Positions 1 through 14,100 of a DNA stretch of 64,000 bases are shown piece after piece. Position numbers and translations under genes: made by a program. The DNA lies in assembly GCA_976226885.1 (NCBI GenBank), contig OZ320314.1, positions 72,478,001 through 72,542,000 of the forward strand, given 5' to 3'. Positions within the stretch are counted from its first letter, which is position 1. Every line of letters starts with the position of its first letter. The notes beneath the pieces were generated by a model. The model ran no database searches. It had not been told where the DNA came from and saw only the letters and a program-made list of their open reading frames with translations. The DNA comes from Iphione sp. A-MEVVRFRX5 (lineage: Eukaryota).

Positions 1-3000
1 ATAGTCGAACCAGGAGAAATAACGAATTGTTCTTTGTACATACGGTCATGTCGTATTTATGTGTGTAAAGACATTCGGTGTTGATATCTGAACGGACTGT
101 CAAGTTATTAAATATATATTACAAGCCACCGCCCTAATCTGCCGTAAAAAGAACCCACAAAAATAAGCACATAAACAGTAGGAGAAGAGGCGATCGTGAG
201 AATTATTGCAATAAGAAAAAAGGGGTGGTGGGCGGAGAAAATTTGGCAGGAGTAAATAACGTGCGCTCTTAAGAAGCAGATAACTTTACCAAGGGAGCGA
301 GAGGGAATAGGACGACAGCTGCAATACTGATCTGAAGGGGTGCCTTTAAGAAATTGCACCGATACCTGCTTCCATTGAAGATAACGTGATTGAAAGTGAT
401 ACGTGGTGAGAGGTATGCAAGGTAGCTACCCTTTGTCTACAATTCGAACAGGAGACCTATGTGTGTTTGGCGGGGGGGGGGTTGTTAAATGAATTTCAAT
501 GAAGTTCAGTGAAGGTCTCCGTACTATTTCGTTAGTTAAAAATAATAAGGAATTCAACCAGCCACTGAAACGGTCTGAGCGCAATTTGACGGAAGCCATT
601 TGGTGGAAGCCACTCGCTCAAAAGCAACAGTACTAGTTGATGGCCTACCGCTCAGCAAGGCCGGCACGCCCACATAGATACACGCGTGAGCTTGACATTG
701 CAATCAGCTGCGGTTCTTCTAGTGACAAACCTCCCAAGGGCGCAACGCGTAACGGACACTGTTAGAAGTCGAATTTGAACTGATGTCGAGAACCAATGAA
801 TCTGCGCTGCCAACAATTCTTAAGTAGCAGCTTCTCCAAGCCTAAGGACTAGCGCCCTTGTCTTTACCTACCCTTATGGATGTTTTCATGGATTTACTTG
901 AATAAGGTTGTCCTAGGCAATAAGACTGAAGTATTCATCGAAATTTCTCATTTCGCAATTTAAAAAACAGTACATGCACTACTAAAACAGCCAATAATGT
1001 AAGTTTTACCTAGACACAATTATTATGACTGTCATTCTCAAAGGGCTTTTGTCGTTCTATTCTATACATATGTATTTAGACATTATCCATCGAATACCTG
1101 AAAAAAGTCCCTTCCATGAACTCTGCTAACTCTGCTATCGATTGCTATCTTTGTATGCCAGCCCCTTAATGAGGCCCCAGGAAACAGCCTGGCTTAAGTG
1201 ATGTTTGATTCAACGAAAGAGTATGGCAGATAAGGACTCTTTACACCAGGATCAAATCAAGGGGTTAAAGGACCGTGTGTTTGTGGCTGACCTTCCATCA
1301 AACTACATGGCACTTTCTGAAGTATCAACAAGTGTCTGCGATAACTGGCGACACAAACCAACTAAAGATAGCCCGCGCATCTGTGTGTCATTCAATATTC
1401 ATGATAATTCAAATGTCAGACACCGGTCTGAATGCCACACTGTTATAGCAGTGGGAGCCGCCGCGGTGCTTTCTCGATGCAGTTTGCTGGACATGTCTAC
1501 CCGATAATCCTCAGTTTGTCCAAAAATATCGCAGGAGTTTTAGTTCCGACGATTTTATGAATTTAGTCATTTTCATTTCGTATGAGCAACTGAGACTAGG
1601 TTATACCTTAGTCAACGATGCTCCTTAACTTTGACCTATGCGAAACGGTTGGCAGTAAAGATATTTTTTAAATGTATGTGCTCAACAATATGATTTGCAT
1701 TGGAAATACATGTATACATATGTGTGTATCAAGTAAACTAATCATAAGCTTTTATTCACTTTTATTAACCATAATAATATACATGTACTTTGGATGACAC
1801 AGGGTTCTGACTAACGCTGTATTTGGCAGAAAGGAATTCTTTAATTACTTTGCCTTCGACGGTGACATTTTCAGTAACCTGTGAGTTCAATGCTTTCCCT
1901 TGGTAATCTTTCATGATGTTACCACTTTCAAGTCCGACAGACTCGGGAGTTTTTTTTCTGAAGTCGCGTGTGCCTTGTTCCTATGGGTCTGCAATATGTA
2001 GGGAGAACGGATACTGTTCGCAGTCTGTCTGCCGGCTCTCCCTCTCCATTTATCCCTCTCTCTGTCAGCCTCCGGAGTCGGCGCCAAACAGCCCAGTCAG
2101 GGCCGAGCGTGCTGGGCGCCCAGCACGCCGGAGCTGGGCCTGACACCTGAGCTAGGTGCCTGACAGCAGCAGGCAATGACAGTGTTCCCTCTCTCCAGGG
2201 TCTCTTCCTAACCTCACCTGACCACGAGAGAAAGGCCACCTTAGGCTACGGCGAGGTGACCCCCTCCACAGGCCCGTGCAGTCCAATTACTGGGATGAAA
2301 GGCACTGGAGAAAGGAACTCGATGAGGTGTTATCTTGTACCTTGCCATGAGCCCATGGGGTAATGACTGCAATTGCTTGAACTTAAACATATGGCTGTGT
2401 TTTGTACAAACTTTCATATTTAGGTACACCTAAGCAGACATACCGCAGTAAGAAAATACTTATTGGCAGAGACTCCGTCCCTGTCAGTACATCTAAATAA
2501 GTAAACCGATAAAGAGTGATGTGTACAAACGACTTTAAATGACATGAATTAAGTTTTCACGAGAATCTATGTTGAAACTTGTAAGCGCTAACACAAGAAG
2601 AAAATTAAATCATCAGGCACAGACATGCTCTTTAAGGGCGAGGGGCTAAAAAGGTAATGTTCACACAGTTCATCAACATTTACAAATTCATATGCTTTCT
2701 TTCTCTAAACAATGAAAGAAGGGATCGTGGTAACTGTTTTGCAAGTTTCTTTTGTTAAAATTTTCTTATTAAGTCATATAAACTGTTTCAATACCTACTC
2801 TGCTCCATGATGCTGTTTACAAGCAACCTAGGGAATGTCCTGAGCTATAATTAGCATAGGGTGACGTAGGGTTTAGCCTTTTTACTATATTGAAGTATCT
2901 ATCATTCGTCGCTATAGGGTTAAAGAGGCATATCGAGACCAACTGCAGAAGGGTTTGCTTCTTGCCACGGTTATCTTTAAGAGGTGGCTGCCGTTGGAAA

Positions 3001-6000
3001 TCTACAAAAAAAATAGCATGTAATTTTGTGGATGGGAAAGAGACTTAATTGTCAATTCTAAAAGTACTAAATAAATTTCCTACTTCTGGGCGCGGTATAT
3101 TACCGCCATACATATCACAAAACATGCATGTATTGACACCACGGCCAACCGGACCAACGCTAATTCGAATCCTCTGCCGTCGATATCGCATTCACAGAGA
3201 AATCACACGTGAATTCATCTCCTGTAAACATCCGCATTGAAAACGTCCGTTTTGGATCTATCGCTCAGGTGCACTGTTCAAGGGTGGCTGGTGGGAGGTG
3301 GTGGGAAGTGGGACTGGGTGGGGGGGGCCTTCAACCACCTACCTACCTGTGAGGATCAACCTGGAGTAGCGGCCTGATAACACTGTCACTGCCTGTCGAC
3401 CCATTCAGCCGGCCCCGGGCGACCATGGAGGGCCCTTGAGCGGGGTCGGCTGGGCGTCCTTCACGCAGCTATGGGGTCGGGGGCTGAGGGGGCCGCATGC
3501 AATATACGTCGATAGGGATACTAACGGTACCGACCTGTCAGATTAAGGAGACCTCTCAGTAACGAGTCAAAGGCATCGACACGCTATAATTATCCGCTAA
3601 CACATGCTCCAAGTGGCGCTGTCTGTGGCAATAGACAGCCTCTATGTCGAGGGGTTTCCATGATTAACGCCCAAAGGTACAGTTTGTCGTCTGACAAACA
3701 CTCGCGCTCTCCTCCTGACGGTGAAAGGCCATCCCCCCTTAAAAAAATGTGCTCCTCAAATAGAAGTGTGATAGGAGCGAACAAAAGGGACATACTGGAC
3801 AGCACCTAGCGTGTGCTCACATACGTGTACACATGTATATATATATATATATATCATCATCACTGTGTAAATATGGGCAGATTTTTTAAAAGTCTGCAAT
3901 GAACGAATAGTAGTAGAAATAGTACACTCATCATTTTACGCATGGGAATACACGCGAATCAAATTCGTCTCATGACTACATTATGCGTGTACATTATGTG
4001 CATTTGACGTGCCCAGGAAAGTCAAAACAACATTCACATATATAAGCCTCCTTTGTGATAACTCTGTTTATTATGTTTACCTTCAGAAGACAATGAAAGG
4101 GACTTTGCACAGAAGGTTTCACATATGGTCGGTAAGAGGATTAGACAGACCGGGGCCACGTGAGCGGTATTTGATGTGTCAATGACCAGGTACAGTATGC
4201 ATTCATGGTCGCGACAGACGTGACAGGGTTACGTAGTATCTGATGGGGGTAACATATGTGCAGTGGTCGCTGTGATAACGAAAACATCCTGCTGGTTATG
4301 GGGACGGTCACCCGCCGTCGACCAGCGAGCCAACACTCTCCAAATGCCTGCATTCTCACCTCGAGCACGACAGTCGTCCATTGAACAACGTCATCCCAAG
4401 TGGGCCCCGTCGGAACGCCGCTAAGTAGACCCATCCAGACAATGACCCCCCCCCCCCCCGCCGCCCGTCGCGCCACTCGTCCTTCCGCCTGTGTAACCCC
4501 CAAGCACCTCAGCTGCATTGTTCTAAAAGCCTAAAACAGACGCCCTAATCCGCTCTCAAACCCCATCCAACACCGTTCCATTATGGACACCGGTTCAAGC
4601 TTCGACGTATTCATTAGTTATAGGGACATGCCAGCAGTACTTTAACAGTGATTAATCTCCTGAAGACTATATGACTTCGACATCATCAAGAAAGTCATCG
4701 TGGTATATAATATAGTAAGATCAAAATAGTGGCAGGTAGATTTGTCATTCACTTTTTCATCGCGCCTCTCCTCCAACAGACGCCGCATGCAGCAACGCGG
4801 CGAGACCTCGCCATGGTTATTCTGTTTCATGTGACAATGCGCAAAATTCCAAAGACTAAATATGACTGATGTGTCATAATCGTGTGCCTTTTGCTATTGT
4901 ACCGAATGCTTGCATTGTTCAACAATGACACAACAAAGCCTGGCTCCTATTACTTTCATATCACACACGCCTTATCTCGCCGTATGTCCTATTTGTGGGG
5001 AATGCGTGTAGCACTGTTGCTAACGTCGTTATCGCAGAAAGCTGCAAACAACGGTGATGTTTATACCTACACTCTATCAACCGGTCTGATCCAGTAATGC
5101 ACGAGGCATTCCGTACTCTATGGGTATTTTAAAACAGAATGCGTGCCATGTGACGGCGGCACTTTCTCACAAGTCTTTTTTTCTTGGCCAGGGTTATTTG
5201 CTGTTTTTGCTTTACTCAAGCGAAAGAGGTGAGAGGCTAACACGACCCATATGGTGCCGTCAGCGTCGTTGACAAATTGATTGTGCAGATGATAGCTTCA
5301 TCGTTTGACCTGTGAGTCGCTCGCGGCTGACCGAGCTGCTCGGTGCCGCGGCCCCGCCGGTCGCCGGTACCACTGAGCGCGGCGACCCCCGGCCGCTGGC
5401 GACCATGGACCCCCACCACCACAACCCCTCCAGGTCCATACACATGGATTAACACCGCCTCAGCCGGCGGGCTGTCTTAATCTGGCTGCACATTTAGGAC
5501 GGATTCGCCCTGATGTAACCGCCAATTTGATGCACCAGTCCCGGCGACGCGTCTTACATGCGACCTACGTACCAACATCTTCCAATAGCTCCACCGATTT
5601 CCTCCACTAGTGTCTGTCCGCCTCGTTCTGGAACCCCACCTTGTGATCTATGTGCCACCTTTCGGCAACAAATAAACCGACATGTTGAGAGTCCCCACGG
5701 GGCCCCCTCTTCAACACGCCACAAGGTATCCAAGGCCACCGCCTGGGTCATATATGTGGCCTCTTCTAAATACCTTATGCTTGGCCCGAAGGAGTTTCCA
5801 ATACGGGTTGAAGCATCTCTTGCTGATGGAGGGCGAGGCCTGTTGGGTGCTGCCGACCTGCCGTGGAGTCGTTGGGTTGCTGAGTGGTAGATCAGTTCGT
5901 TTCGTGCAGATAGCACTTCAGAGGAGCTACAGGCGAAGAGTGTTGGTGTGAGCATGAACCCAGTCTCTTTACGCAAACCTCCAATGGCCGTCCTAGACAA

Positions 6001-7604
6001 CTCTGGCAATCGATCGCCCACTACCTCGCGGTTTCCATCTTACACCATTTCCCTTCGCATTTATTCCTCTGTCGCCATCGCCGATAAGGTCGCCCCTTCC
6101 AGGACGCGCTGTTTACGAGGCGAGCGTAATAACGAACAAACACGTCCCTTCATCCATGCAAGTGCGTTATCAGATAGACAAGGGTTTTTTTTCTCTCTCT
6201 CTTACACACTGTATCCTATACAGCATCAGTGATCAATACCTTGGATATGTAGGTCTACCAGGACAGTCTGTACGCAGTATGAGGTAAATATCGACTATTC
6301 TGCTTGCAAGGTATTCCAGGTCTAAAACGCAGAATCAAGACGTCGAGACTCCGCAATCACAAATGGTCATGTTTGCCATGACGGCACGTTAGTATGAGCT
6401 GTGTAGAATGCAAGGGGAAAATGACTATGAAAGAGTATGTAAGCACAATACGCCCTACACTATTCTTCCGTGCCGTTACATCTTCCCACGCTCATCCCCT
6501 TAGAGCTCGGAACGCCTGAAGCAAATCGACGCATAATGAAGAACCAGTCCGTTCATGACGTTCTTTCTCTCCACTCTACATCTCCCCCGCCTATTTGCGC
6601 CGCGCATTGGTTTTTCTCCCATCTCCCCCTTGCCTTTAAAACGTTAAAGTGTGTATTGTACCTTAATACGTTGGAATGAGAGGCAAATCCCTTGGTGCGT
6701 TAAACTACGTGATTTCAACCGTGTGCCACAAACCGAGCGGATGAACTAACCGATGGGGAAACAGACGTTTCTTTGCAAATGGTTCGAATTTACACGCTTT
6801 CATAATAGACTGCAGCCATCTGCACCGTTTCTATAGCAGTAAAAGCCTCTATAACAAAGCAGACTATACATATCAGCATGTTTATATACAAACATGTGTA
6901 TGTGCAATATATATTATATGCATACATAACCTGCGTATTCTGCTCAGTCGAGAAAATAAACTACCGAATTGACGACTGTATCTCTGCGTAGCTTTGGCAA
7001 CGACTTGTTAGACACAGTGGAACAATTGCAGCCACTAGCTGCTAAAGTTGGAATGCTCTAGTTAGAAAACCTAGAGGCCATAAAGGTCAACTCTGGGCGC
7101 ATGGTTTAGTATTACACTGGTCCTGCTACGACTCCAGTCAGGAGCCTCCAGCAGTTTGTCCACATTCATAGATAGTGTTACAAGGTAGACTTTGAGCGCC
7201 CCATGCTCACTAATGAGTGCAAATACGACTGTGTATATAGTACATGGTTTTCTAGAGCGCATACCGTTTAATACACACAGACATAAAACATATAGGTATG
7301 AACATTTGTATGCGTGTTGGTCTTCGTTGCCCTTGTACTTTTAACAATATCGATGATAACAGGTGCAAAACATAATTTATTTTAAGAACAGCTCCGTGAA
7401 AAAAGGGATGAGGGCACACCTGAAGGTGGTACAACTAAGTCTGACTCTAGGTAATGTTGAAAAAAAAATATTCAAGTAGAATTCTATGAAGCTACCGTGC
7501 GTCGACTTGGTGAGTGTAGTATATAGAATTAAGAATATATTCATCAAATTTATTCCTACCTTGGGCTCTACTGTTGGGTCTGTTATAATTTCATGTATAT
7601 CGGT

Positions 7605-7640
7605 ACATACCTGTAAAAAGAAACGACAACATTAGTCTAA
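7605..7640 (-). other. Candidate recursive (ratchet) splice site / zero-length exon
   Basis: The minus strand reads gttagaCTAATgttgtcgtttctttttacAG|GTATGT: a branch-point-like CTAAT, a polypyrimidine tract and AG, immediately followed by a strong 5' splice site. Junction between 7611 and 7610. Confidence 0.4.
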
Positions 7641-10600
7641 CATTTCAAATGGACACAGTACATGGAAAGATTTGTTTAAGGCACTATGAACACATCAAAA
7701 TTGGTTAATATTGCTTGTTTAGTTAATGTGCATAATTTCGCAAGTGATAGATATCACACGGCAACCTCCTAAAAACTGCAGATGAAAAAAATGTTGGAAT
7801 GAGTTTGCTAGCTGCTAGTTCGGCAAGGGAATCCCACCTCGATAAATCAACTCTCCGAGCAGAGTCATCTCGTACATCATCCTGAGGTCACTGGGTGCAA
7901 GGTCAAGGTGAGATCAAGGCCGGAAACCATGGATCTTTTCACCTGTGGCGCCTTTGTAGTGACTGCTGATTGGTGAGATCAAAGTGATGGGTGGCACTCG
8001 CTCCCACCTAACTCGCAAAGAAACACGCTCCTGGAGGTAGCTCTCTAATGCCATTTTCCGTATGTTCTATCGGTAAAGACTAGCAGGAAGGCGATGTTTT
8101 CCCGTCTGTTGGTTATGAGATGTGCATGTTCAATCCCATGGCGAACAACGTAGAGAATTTCAAAATCAGGAAACTCCAAAACGATACAAAATGTTTCGTT
8201 AATATACAAAAATACATTACTGCATATATAAATTATAGATGCTTATACATTTTAATATTTTGCTTTTGCTTACATTATTTTTTCATTTTACTGCAACGCC
8301 AGTGTCGTTTGCATAGTGGCATGCATTGACTGGCACGCAAGAGTCTCACTAGGCTGGCTGACTGAATGTGGAGACTCTCTATGCGCCAGGCGGCCGCCTC
8401 CGACATTGAGGTGGTCTTAAAAATACCTGTAGTGATTGAGCAGCGACGTGGATGCGGTGGTCGTGAGCGGCTGTGAGCAGCTCATGAGGCAGGGATGCCA
8501 CCCATGCCGAGCATGTCCAGCACGCTCTGGTCACAACTGACCCACTCAGACCCCGCTCTGCCACCCGCCTCGGGCGCCTCCCGCCCTACAACCGCCAACC
8601 TCTCAATCTCCAACCCCCTTTCCCCACCCCCTCTTTTTCACCTTCATCCTTACTGAAAACCGACTACCAACCTCCTCTAGCCGCTATATACCAACGATGC
8701 CCACTCCCAGGCCTCCAGTTCTCTGCTTCCCTGCTGACCCAGTCAGGGTGTCTGTAGTGGCGAAAGAACCGTGCGCCTGCCTACGTAGCTGCTCCCTTTA
8801 CCAATACAGCTGCTAATGCATGCGCTACTACTGCTGTTGGTTCAATCTATACACCCACTTGCACAAGGCTCCACCACACAGTGTCTCCCATGAAGGTGGT
8901 CACTCATTACCAGAACAACTGTAACACTGCAAGGTCACAATTTCCCCGTTCCTTTCAGTAGTGGAGAATGGCCTCACCATGATCATATGCAAATTTACAC
9001 GAGTTCAGCTCGCAAAATAAAACAGAGTTTATGTATACATGTATAATGGTATGTTGGCATTATGCTTTTCTGACATACCAACGCTTTGAGACAAGGCATA
9101 GTTACAGTGGCCCTCGGATCTGTCCGTATATAGCTTAGTCTCTAGATGCCCTAGTAGTATATTCCGCGAGATCCATCCATCTCTATTCCGCTGATGGACC
9201 CCCATCAACTGTCCAATAAACACTTCACGTGCATCGCCGACAGGCTGACGGCCGGACCGTCCGATTCAATAGAATCACTGGCCACCGCGAGGAGAAGTTG
9301 ATATTGATAGCATAACCCGTCCTTCGGGGTGGGCGGAGGCCGGCGGGCTGGGGGCAACGTGATCTATCAGGCGTGGCTCGCCTGGTGTCAGCCGTCGCCA
9401 GACTTCCGTGTGGATAATCCTGACGATGCGATACCAGGCACAAATCAGTTCGAGTAGAATGTGCTGCATGGGGAACGAGTGGTAAGGTGTGTGTTGGGGG
9501 GGGGGAGAGGAGGAGGGGGAGTCGTTGATTGTCTGAGGCTGTGTGGGATCAGTCGTAGCAGTAGGTTACCATCTTTTGACGTTCATGTGGCACATATATG
9601 ATTCATTTGCTCATTAATCAGTGCACACATGGGAGCCCCTTGCTTCCTTTTCTAGCTGTGGAGACATAAACCTGTTTGTTCTCTTCTACCCCCCCCTCCC
9701 CCCGTATGCCAAGCTGTGCTATCCTCCTTCCCCCACCCCTACCATATTTATTATTCTCAGTCTCTTTCCCCTAAGCTTATCTGTCCCTATGGCTCCTGTT
9801 TATCTGGCTATATGCCTATGACCATTAAGCCTTTGGCAAACAAAATGTCGCACAATAATCTGCGACTGCGTCCACAGACGCAGAGAGAGAAAGGAATGAT
9901 CCAACGCCCATGCATCGGGAGGTTTATTCCAATACTGCAGGCCTTTATGTTCGCCTAGCGGCTTGGGCGAAATATTAGATTACTGATTAGATGACCTGCG
10001 GATGGCCGGAGAGGCTGCTGTTGTGGCTCAATGGGCAGTTGTAACAGGCGGGAGAAGACGGGGGTGAGATTTGTCTTGTCATCGGCAGCTGTAGGCCATG
10101 CTGCCGCCGCTCATGTGTCGATGGCCATGTCCGTCTGTCACCGGGTGTGTACGACTGTACGTTCGCCAGTGTAATTGTGCCGTGTGAGGGTTCCCACTGG
10201 TGACCTTAATTCGAGCCGAGTGGCGCACGGAGCGGCCTCTATCGACATGGAGTGGCCCGAATCAGAACAGTTCCGGCACGCAGCGACCAGCGTCTGTGCG
10301 TTAATCAGAGGCCAAGTGTGAGTCTTCACGCCCAACAGACAGAATATTATGGAGGAAGGAACAGGGTATCTCATCTTGAGTGGCCAATCTATTGGTACTT
10401 TGTACAAATATTTCTGGACACAGGAGAAGTGGTCATTTTTTCGACAATATTACTTTATGACGATCCAAATAGGGGTTGGATCAATGTGAGAACGATGAGC
10501 GAATAGTTTGCCCACATGCACTGCTTATCGTTTTTAAATGACATATTCCTCATTTATAGTATTATCATATGATATATATTTGATGGGCGAAGTGTATTCT

Positions 10601-11063
10601 ACTTTATTATTACCATAGTTTTGGCTTGAATATTTCTCCGCGCGGTGCAAGATATTTTATAATGCCGAACAGGTCCTTGTTCGTTCTTCTATACCACAAG
10701 GCTTTCCGTCCTGCCACTCTCGATTCAATCATACCATAAGGAGGTCAGCTTAAACTTGAATATATTAAATGCATTTAGCACTGGGCGACTGGATAATCTA
10801 ACCACTTAAATAATGGTATCAGTGTCATGTTGTGTCTGGAATATTATGATATAAACAATTGTCCCGATAAAGTTTACCGACTTCTCTCCCGCCCCTGACA
10901 CAATATTAGTACCGTCATGGCTGACTACCATTCTAGCATGATGAATGTGCCTTGTCGAGTCATCCGCCAGAGGTCAGTCTGGTTTTATTAATGCTAAACA
11001 GCTCTATGCTACCACTGAAGACATGTGGTGGTGGGGGAAAAGCAGAGATCGGAACAACACTGC

Positions 11064-11087
11064 CACACACACACACACACACACACA

Positions 11088-11125
<38 letters not shown>

Positions 11126-11141
11126 CTCTCTCTCTCTCTCT
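11064..11141. repeat. Compound microsatellite (CA)n-(TC)n
   Basis: CA run at 11064-11090 directly abutting a TC run at 11091-11141 with one interruption. Confidence 0.97.
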
Positions 11142-14100
11142 GTAAGTAAGGAGCAAGCATCCACCACACAAGCTGGCGTGGTACCCTGAAACCAGTCCCA
11201 GCGTGCCAGCCAGCAATATGACACAACCTTTCATCGATACGATTATGGCATTGCCTGGCGCCTGGTCTGCACGATCGATATCTGTATCGGGGTCAAACTT
11301 TAGCAGACCCATTACGTATTCTCCGGGACAATAGTTCATCGATGATTACTCCTATAATGTGTGCCAATAAAATCCAGGTCAAGCTGAAGGATGGTGAGGT
11401 TGGGTGCCCGCTGGATGTCATCACTCCCAGAGTGCAATCCTTAGTTTATATATTTGCCGCTAGGCCGGAGCCTCTACGCATGTCGATACGGATTTGCAGC
11501 AATCCATTCTTAACTCTTCGCTATAAAACACTTTTTCCGTCTTATACCGTTCGGGCAGTTGTCTCCTACTCATTGTGGAAGTCACAATTTAGCCTTTTAT
11601 CTGACACATTTTTATTACAAAGTTTGCGTTTCGATTAAAATCATGACAGTAATCTCATATCCTTAAAGCCAACCCTACCAGCAAGCTTTGTTTGCAAAAC
11701 GTTTTTTTAACAGACGATCAGGGTCGCGTGTTCTGACTGGCAGGCCAAGGGCAAATCAGCCATTTATCTTGTGATACACGACGACCATTGGTGTGTAGAT
11801 GAGCCGAATGGGGTTCTGTTGTCTCTAGCCGGGTAGAGAGACACAGAGGTGGGGGCGGGGGGCTGGGGCAGGTTAGATATGCAATAAGCGACTCAGCATT
11901 AATCAGCGCCGAACGGCGGAGATGGAAGCAATAAGGTTGGGCGTCCCCTCAGAGGGCTATCAGAAGGGAAGCGACCACGCCCATTTTCTGACTCAGCCGC
12001 GCCCGATCGTCCATTATCACACGGGCGCAGGCGGCCGATGGGCCAGGACCTGCGTGTCGCAATCGCCGACACACAGCCTCCGGTCTGCCTGCTCACATGA
12101 TGATGTGATGTGATACCCCCGTAGCATCTACCCTCCAACCCCCACACCGCCTACACATACACCCACACTCTCTCACTCACTCAGTCGCTCGCTCATTCGC
12201 TTACATACCGACGTTGCAGACCCGCTTGCAGACATCTCACCCGAAACCACTTCAACTACCTGCGATATCAGCTTGTCCTCCCGGACATCCTCATGTAGCT
12301 TCACAATGATTACCGTCACCATGGTCACAATATCTGGGCGGTGGCCGTTTACCTGGATCCGCTGCTTGATGGGATCAAAGGCAGAGCGACGTCATCCGGA
12401 CCCAGAGAGGCAGGAGGGTCTAATCACCGCCAAAGACACATGCTGCCACGGGAAATGTAGATTAGACAGGCAGGACTAGGCACTTCTTCCACACAGTCTG
12501 TGGGAAGCTTGTTTGCTGCCAGCTGCTTATCTCGCCGCCTTTCTATCGGACATTTTAGCTACATATTTGTCTGTCGACATGTATCTCTCATTGTGTGCCA
12601 TCTTTTTTTCTGTCGATATTTCCCTCTCATGTTAAGTCCTCTTCTTTGAGAGTAATCTACATTCTTTCCCCTTCCGCAATATCTGTGTGCTGTCTCAGTG
12701 TCTTTTTGATTACCTATTTATCAATGTTTAATTATCCAATATTTGGCTTCCATAGAATATGAAAAAGTTTTTAGAAGCTACTACTTATATATTCCGTCTA
12801 TATTCTAAGGCCCTCTTGTGTCTCAATTTCTTTACGTATGTACAGTTGGTTTCTTTTGACTGCACAATCTTCTTTATTTGACATTCTTTACTTTTTGGAC
12901 AAATGTGCTCGGCTCTCCTGGCTGTCTCATGTCCCCAATCTCTGTGATGAAAGCAAATAAATAATTGCTTAAGACAGAAGAGCAAAGAAAATACTCGGCG
13001 AACAGCACGAACAACTGAGAAAGTAAATACATCAAAGATCCAGAATAAAAATACTGGCTCTCTTCATAAACCGCATAAACTATCCCTGTGTGGATTGAAT
13101 CTCTCAGCAAACACTTTTTGGGATCTAATATAAACATGTGGTGTTTAGACAGGGATCGCTCATGCTAACATCTTTTCACAGTTGATGTTTTCTTATGCGA
13201 AAAGTCAATGCGAGGCTCATGAGGGGCTTCTGTAATGCTCCTTAATAATTTAAACAACCCGAACGCCTTCATATCAGGATCCATGGAGCATTCCTCCAGG
13301 GCCAACGACGGTTCCTTTACAGAAGGCAGCTTTTATTTCAGCGAGGACGGGAAAACGTCTGCAGTAATCAATATTTCCGCCGCTGTCCCCAGTGGCGGGC
13401 GACAAGAAACCTGCAGTGTCAATGCTTCTCCCTCCAAGCCCAGCGCCACCGCCGGATTCTCGAGGCACAGGCTAGATGGGCGAACAAGGCAGATGTTATC
13501 GCCCATTTGCCGGATCAAGTACGAGTGAAATCATTCATATAAATCTATCCACAGGCGGAGCTCGCGCCCACCCATAACGCCGAGGACTCTGAAGATCGTG
13601 GGGGAGGAAGCGAGGCTGCCTGCTAAGAGGTTGTGTGGTGTGGGTGGGCAGGGGGCCGCCAACTCTCAGCTGGAAGTGATACCAACGAGCCGACCATGAA
13701 CATGTTATCCACGAGTCAACACCATCGGCGGTGATATCGGCCGATAGGTGGCAGCCACTGCTGTGTTAGGGGGGCACTTAGCGGCGGAGCTGTAGTCTTT
13801 TAACAGCGCGCGATTTACCACAACTTGATAGCTTTCATCTCTGCACGTGGCTGTCTTTTTCTGGTATCACTTCCACCGTGGAGCAGTGATATTCCCATCA
13901 CATGGCCGTAGTATTGCCCTCGCGTAGAGGCAAGGGTTTGTTATATGTTATGTGAGCGGGGCTACAACCCTTTTTCCCCCCATCTACAAATCCGCCCAAG
14001 GTATGTAGTTCCCCTTTCAGTACTACCATTTATTTTCCTTGATTTACAGGGAGAAGCTACACAACCTTACCATCCTGAAGAGATTGCGGTTGGAAGTACC

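Noticed and set aside
591-612. Paired GGAAGCCA motif, also at 18849-18868
   Set aside because: Spacing differs (14 versus 12 bp), the flanks are unrelated, and it is too short to support a shared element.
13470-13512. Hairpin GATGGGCGA...TCGCCCATT as a pre-miRNA
   Set aside because: The stem spans only about 42 nt, too short for a canonical precursor, and there is no known mature match.
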